Made by a program: the position numbers and the translations under genes
Notes under the pieces: generated by a model
Database searches by the model: none
What the model was told of the DNA's origin: nothing
The model's input: the letters and a program-made list of their open reading frames with translations, nothing else
Source: an uncultured delta proteobacterium
Lineage (GTDB): Bacteria; Myxococcota_A; Polyangia; Polyangiales; Polyangiaceae
NCBI GenBank assembly: GCA_963850305.1
Contig: CAWKKR010000008.1
Location: 1,248,001 to 1,312,000 of the forward strand
Direction of reading: 5' to 3'
DNA: 64,000 bases
In this document: positions 59,529 to 64,000 of the stretch, piece after piece
How the letters are laid out: each line of letters opens with the position of its first letter
Numbering within the stretch: the first letter of the stretch is position 1

Positions 59529-60877
59529 TGGCGAAGAAGCCGCCCGCGCGCCCGGAGCAACCGACGCTGCTCGACGCGGCGCGTGCGCGGGGCGACGCGC
59601 CGGAGACCGCGCCGCTCGCCGACCGGATGCGACCCCGCACCCTCGACGAGCTCGTCGGGCAAGCGCACCTCGTCGGGCCGGGACGTCTCCTCGCGCACGC
59701 GATCGGCCACGACCAGGTGCCGTCGATGATCCTGTGGGGTCCGCCCGGTTCCGGCAAGACGACGCTCGCGCGCGTCGTGAGCCACGCGACGAAATCCGTG
59801 TTCGTGCCGTTCTCGGCCGTCCTCGGCGGGGTGCCCGAGCTACGGGAGATCCTCCGCGAAGCGAGGGAGCGTCGCGCCTACGACGGCCGCGCGACGATCT
59901 TGTTCGTGGACGAGATCCATCGCTTCAACAAGGCCCAGCAGGATGCGTTCTTGCCCCACGTCGAGGACGGCACCGTCACGCTCATCGGCGCGACGACGGA
60001 GAACCCGTCCTTCGCCGTGAATGCGGCGATCCTCTCGCGCTGCAAGGTGTTCCGGCTCGAGCCGCTCTCGGAGGCCGACAGCGTGTTGCTCCTGCGCCGC
60101 GCGCTCACGGACGCGACGCACGGGCTCGGCGCGCGGCACCTCGCGGTCGACGGCGCGGTCCTCGCGAGCATCGCGCGCGCGTCCGGCGGCGATGCGCGTC
60201 GCGCGCTCGGTTTGCTCGAGACCTCGGTCGCGTTACTGCCGCCCTCCGCGACCGTCCTCGACCTGTCCGCGACGGAACGCGCCGCGGAAGAGCGCACCCT
60301 TCTTTACGACAAGACCGGCGAAGAGCATTACAACGTCGTCAGCGCGCTCATCAAATCCATGCGCGGCAGCGACCCCGACGCGGCCATCTACTGGCTGATG
60401 CGCATGCTCGACGCGGGCGACGATCCCGCGTTCGTCCTCCGGCGTCTGGTCATCTTCGCGAGCGAAGACGTCGGCAACGCGGACCCCCGCGCGCTCCTCG
60501 TGGCAACCGCCGCGGACGCCGCGTTTCATCGTCTCGGGATGCCCGAGGCGCTCTACTCGATCGCGCACGCGTGCCTCTATCTCGCGACCGCGCCCAAGTC
60601 GAACTCCGTCGGACGCGCGTTCACCAAAGCACGAGCCTCGATTGCAGAGCGCGGTGCCTTGCCGGTGCCGAAGAAGCTCCGCAACGCGACGACGCCCCTG
60701 ATGAAGGACGAAGGGTACGGCGAGGGTTATCGATACGCGCACGAGCACGGTGGCTTCGTGCCCGGCGAGACGTACCTTCCCGACGAACTCGCTGGCGAGC
60801 GGTTCTTCGAGCCTTCCGAGAACGGTTACGAACAGACGATCCTCGAGCGGCTCGCGCGGTGGAGAGACGGGAAGTAG
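59528..60877 (+). CDS. rarA: Replication-associated recombination protein A
   Basis: PLADRMRP, WGPPGSGKTT, DEIHRFNKAQQD and KSMRGSDPDA. Confidence 0.95.
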   Translation: MAKKPPARPEQPTLLDAARARGDAPETAPLADRMRPRTLDELVGQAHLVGPGRLLAHAIGHDQVPSMILWGPPGSGKTTLARVVSHATKSVFVPFSAVLGGVPELREILREARERRAYDGRATILFVDEIHRFNKAQQDAFLPHVEDGTVTLIGATTENPSFAVNAAILSRCKVFRLEPLSEADSVLLLRRALTDATHGLGARHLAVDGAVLASIARASGGDARRALGLLETSVALLPPSATVLDLSATERAAEERTLLYDKTGEEHYNVVSALIKSMRGSDPDAAIYWLMRMLDAGDDPAFVLRRLVIFASEDVGNADPRALLVATAADAAFHRLGMPEALYSIAHACLYLATAPKSNSVGRAFTKARASIAERGALPVPKKLRNATTPLMKDEGYGEGYRYAHEHGGFVPGETYLPDELAGERFFEPSENGYEQTILERLARWRDGK

Positions 60878-61207
60878 CGAGCGGCCTTCCGCCCGAGGGC
60901 GAGCCTCAGTTTGGGTGCCGGAGGCGGTTCGATTGGGTCGTGACGCCTTCTTGACGTCCCCGAACCTTGCTTTGACGGTGTCGTGATCGTCGCGTCTTTA
61001 AAGTTGCGAGCATGCGAATGGGTGAACCCGTTGCGATGGCGAGCACGCCGGCCGGTTCGTATGACGGACGCTCCGAAGGCGGTTCCTGGTTCGCGAGTGA
61101 CACGTTGCACCCGCTCGAGCCGGTTCCGGCGCGTTCCGAAGCGGCGGTGGAACCCAGAATCCGAAATTCGCTCGAAGCTCGACGTGCCGAGCGTTGCGCC
61201 CGCACCC

Positions 61208-61648
61208 ATGCGCGTCGTCGTTGTCGGACTGGACGCATCCCGAACCTCGTCCGACGTCCTTGCGCGAGCCATCGAGATGGTCCGAGCCGAACCTTCCGCC
61301 ACGCTCCATGTGTTGCACGTGCTCCGCGCGAGTCGCTTCAATCGCGCCCGCGTCGGCGTACCTGCGACCCCGCGGAGCGTCGTGGAGGACGCGCGGCGCA
61401 CCCACCTCGACTCGCGGGTTCGCGAGGCGAAGACGCACTGCACTGCAGAAGTCGTGGGTCACTTCGCCGTCGGCAATCCGACGAACGAGCTCTTACGGCT
61501 GTGCACCGAAGTCGAAGCCAATCTCCTGGTGATAGGAACGCACGAGCACAATGGCCTCGAGTGGCTGCTCCTCGGCTCGATCTCCGCGGCGCTCGTGCGC
61601 CGTGCTCCTTGCCCCGTCTTCGTCGTCCGCTCGCAAGACGCGCATTGA
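61208..61648 (+). CDS. Universal stress protein
   Basis: VVVGLD, LLVIGTH, LLGSIS..APCPVFVV; the start may lie further upstream. Confidence 0.85.
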   Translation: MRVVVVGLDASRTSSDVLARAIEMVRAEPSATLHVLHVLRASRFNRARVGVPATPRSVVEDARRTHLDSRVREAKTHCTAEVVGHFAVGNPTNELLRLCTEVEANLLVIGTHEHNGLEWLLLGSISAALVRRAPCPVFVVRSQDAH

Positions 61649-61735
61649 AGCCGGTCTGGGGTCCGCCGCAAGAGGAGGGCGACAGGCACGCGTTCCAGGC
61701 CTCGCCGGATCTGCGGATCATCGAGTGAGGACTCC

Positions 61736-63829
61736 TCAGCGCAGGCAGTCGTACTCGCACCTCCCGAAGCAACACACCGCATCCGAGCAGCACAGTGCCG
61801 TGTCGTTGCATATGCCCGATGGCTCGAGACACGCCCCCCCGGTCGACCCACCGTCGGTCGCGTTCGAGGTGCCGCCGTCGGTCGCGTTCGAGGTGCCGCC
61901 GTCGGTCCCCGGCGGACCCTGGATCTTCTGCACCCACTGCGCGGAATGGTTGTGCGCGGTGACGTCCTGGAAGGGCAGCCAGAACGCCGGGAATGACCGG
62001 TCCTTCGAGTCGAGCGACGGATCGGCATCGACGATCACCGCGGCCATCCAGATCTGCGGCTCGGCGCAGTTCTCGTAGGTGACGTTTTGCTTGGAGAGCG
62101 GCTGCGGCTGATCGTAGCTGGGACCCTCCGGCGGGTAGCAATTGTCGAACCCGCCGTTCACGAGGTGCAAGCCGTAGTCGCGGTTCGACGAGAACGTCAC
62201 CCAGTACACGGAATGCCCGTGGAAGGTCGTCGGGAACGGACTCCAGCGCGGCCACGAGTTGGTGAGACCGTCCGCGACGTTCAGGTTCGGCAGGTCGATG
62301 GGCACGGCGCCCGACGCTGGCGGATAGTGGAGCAGCTTGACGCGCGCGTTGCGGTTGTAAAAGTCGTCCCCGTTCGACGTCGCGGTGTCGGACGCGTCCG
62401 GAGCGTCGTCGAAGACGACGAAGTGCTCGTCCGGCGAGAACGCCGGGTAATAGTAGTTGTGCCCGCTCGCTCCGAGGATCTGCGCGGGCGAATCGAGCGC
62501 GATGTTCGTGTAATCGACGCCCGCCGCCCACAGCGTCCCCAGCTTGAAGTGCGTGTCACCGGTCTGGTCGATGGTCCCCGACGCGGGAACGACGAAGACG
62601 AGCGACGCGTCGTCGGAAGACAAATTCGGCTGGGTTGCTTGCATGTTGCTCGGCAGGGCGAACGTTCCCAGCAGGGACGTCGAGTTGCCGTCGTAAAGGG
62701 CGAAGCTCGTGTCCGCCGTCGTGCCGCCTCCGGGTCCTCCGGGTCCTGGCGGAGGCGGCGGCGGAGGCGGCGGCGGAGGCGGAGGGGGCGGGGCGCCGGG
62801 CCCGCCGTTGTTCGTTCCCTTGAACGTCGTGGCGATCATCTTGGCGTGGTCGTGAGTCCACGTCTGAAAGCCCGGGGACAGGTTCTGGGTGCCGAGGATC
62901 GTGCGCGTCGCGACGTCCATCGTGTGCGTGTTCACGTCGCCGAACTCGTCGTCGCCGTCGGGGTCGTCCGTCATGAGCGACATGCGCACGCCGTCGAGGG
63001 ATAGCGTGTGGCAGCCGACGCAGGTCCCCGTACCGCCCGACGTGTAGAATGGCGTGGGCGTGGGGTCGAAGGTGCCGAAGTCGTGCGTGTAAATGCCGCC
63101 GGTCTTGCCGCCGATCCCACCATAGGTGGCCGACTGCCAGTAATAGATGCCGCCGACGAGGTCGTCCTTCGCGAACGACAGCTCGATCTGCGCGGTCGAT
63201 GTCGACACGCACTTTGCCGTGGCGTCCGTGGCGCGCACGGCGACGCGCACGGGGTCGCCGTCGCGGTTCGTGTTCGCGACGTCGTTCCAGGCCGCTTGCG
63301 ACAGGGTCACACCGCACCCGCGGCTCGCACCTCCGCGCACGTCCGGCACCGGCTCGCACTGGGTCTCCACGCGCACGTCCGTCACGGTGTTCTCGAAGTC
63401 CACCTCGAAGAGCGTCGCGCCCTTCGGCGGGACGAACTGCACCTCGAGCACGTTCATGTTGGGGGGCAGGAGCAATCCGTTCGTCGGATACGCAATCGTC
63501 GGGGGCGCGAGCGCGGAAGACGAGCACGCGGGCGCGTTCGAGGGCGGGAAAGCGGCGCAACCCGGGCAACCGAAGGTTGCCTGGGTCGTCGAGGTGCTCG
63601 TCGCTCCCGCCGAGCCGCTGCCCGCTCCCGCCGAGCCGCTGCTCGCTCCCGTTCCGAAGCGAAAAAGCCCTCCGTCCGCGTTCGTCCCCGAGGAGCCCCC
63701 GCTCCCGGTCGATCCGGAGAGTCCCGCGTTGCCGCTGCTCCCGCAGGCCGCCGCCACGACGCACGCGACGAAAAGCGCCACCGCGGCGCGAAACCGAGAC
63801 GACCCGCCGAGATGTGCGCAACTGACCAT
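61736..63829 (-). CDS. Lipoprotein with a TolB-like beta-propeller, polyproline insert and Cys-rich tail
   Basis: Lipobox AAAC; IYYW, CVGCH, YYPAFSPD, NSWPRWSP, WVTFSSNRDYG and AFWLPFQ. Confidence 0.8.
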   Translation of the reverse strand: MVSCAHLGGSSRFRAAVALFVACVVAAACGSSGNAGLSGSTGSGGSSGTNADGGLFRFGTGASSGSAGAGSGSAGATSTSTTQATFGCPGCAAFPPSNAPACSSSALAPPTIAYPTNGLLLPPNMNVLEVQFVPPKGATLFEVDFENTVTDVRVETQCEPVPDVRGGASRGCGVTLSQAAWNDVANTNRDGDPVRVAVRATDATAKCVSTSTAQIELSFAKDDLVGGIYYWQSATYGGIGGKTGGIYTHDFGTFDPTPTPFYTSGGTGTCVGCHTLSLDGVRMSLMTDDPDGDDEFGDVNTHTMDVATRTILGTQNLSPGFQTWTHDHAKMIATTFKGTNNGGPGAPPPPPPPPPPPPPPPGPGGPGGGTTADTSFALYDGNSTSLLGTFALPSNMQATQPNLSSDDASLVFVVPASGTIDQTGDTHFKLGTLWAAGVDYTNIALDSPAQILGASGHNYYYPAFSPDEHFVVFDDAPDASDTATSNGDDFYNRNARVKLLHYPPASGAVPIDLPNLNVADGLTNSWPRWSPFPTTFHGHSVYWVTFSSNRDYGLHLVNGGFDNCYPPEGPSYDQPQPLSKQNVTYENCAEPQIWMAAVIVDADPSLDSKDRSFPAFWLPFQDVTAHNHSAQWVQKIQGPPGTDGGTSNATDGGTSNATDGGSTGGACLEPSGICNDTALCCSDAVCCFGRCEYDCLR

Positions 63830-64000
63830 GAACTGCCCCATTCAATCCAAAGTAACCGACGGGGGGGTGACCTAGGCTGGCGAGCGTGGACGACCTCGAG
63901 AGAGTTTTCTAGATTCGCCGGATCAGCGCCGCGACCATCGCCATTGCCGTGCAGCCCGAGGGGGCCTCGCCCGCTCTCAGGGACGCGCTCACGTCCGCGT

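Noticed and set aside
57170..60877. Type III secretion or flagellar gene cluster
   Set aside because: Only one SpoA-domain gene; its neighbours are yggS and rarA
995..63875. Many long overlapping or antisense ORFs in the track (e.g. 995-2395, 3709-5124, 16637-18637, 35214-37289)
   Set aside because: High-GC shadow frames, Arg/Ala-rich and lacking motifs, overlapping well-supported genes
63860..64000. Partial gene at the right edge
   Set aside because: Too short and no recognisable motif

Overview
High-GC bacterial chromosomal segment, very probably Myxococcota of Polyangiaceae type (mglBA, a myxobacterial PilZ-type protein, many Cys-lipoproteins with Gly/Ser/Thr linkers). It is mostly housekeeping and envelope genes: ugd, argC, ttcA, queD, rdgB, tamB, ilvA, rne/rng, mglBA, yggS and rarA. 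Several conserved genes carry single-base indels that look like long-read consensus errors. The most notable feature is an eroded integron at about 11.4-14.4 kb. It has a short IntI-like relic ([10 protein letters not shown]), three attC-like sites and three cassettes: two inverted toxin-antitoxin modules with their own leaderless promoters, and an MTHFR-like gene. Other items of interest: a GT2-adenylate-ligase fusion, a YyaL-aldo/keto-reductase fusion, an active/inactive pair of DUF3857-transglutaminase-TPR proteins divergent from mglBA, a degenerate sigma-54 activator behind a sigma-54 promoter, an unannotated 36-aa basic peptide, a headless CCA-enzyme HD protein, a 21-bp heptad VNTR, and long inverted repeats flanking a beta-helix lipoprotein gene. 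No rRNA, tRNA or CRISPR array was seen. All family calls come from motif recognition by eye, not database searches.
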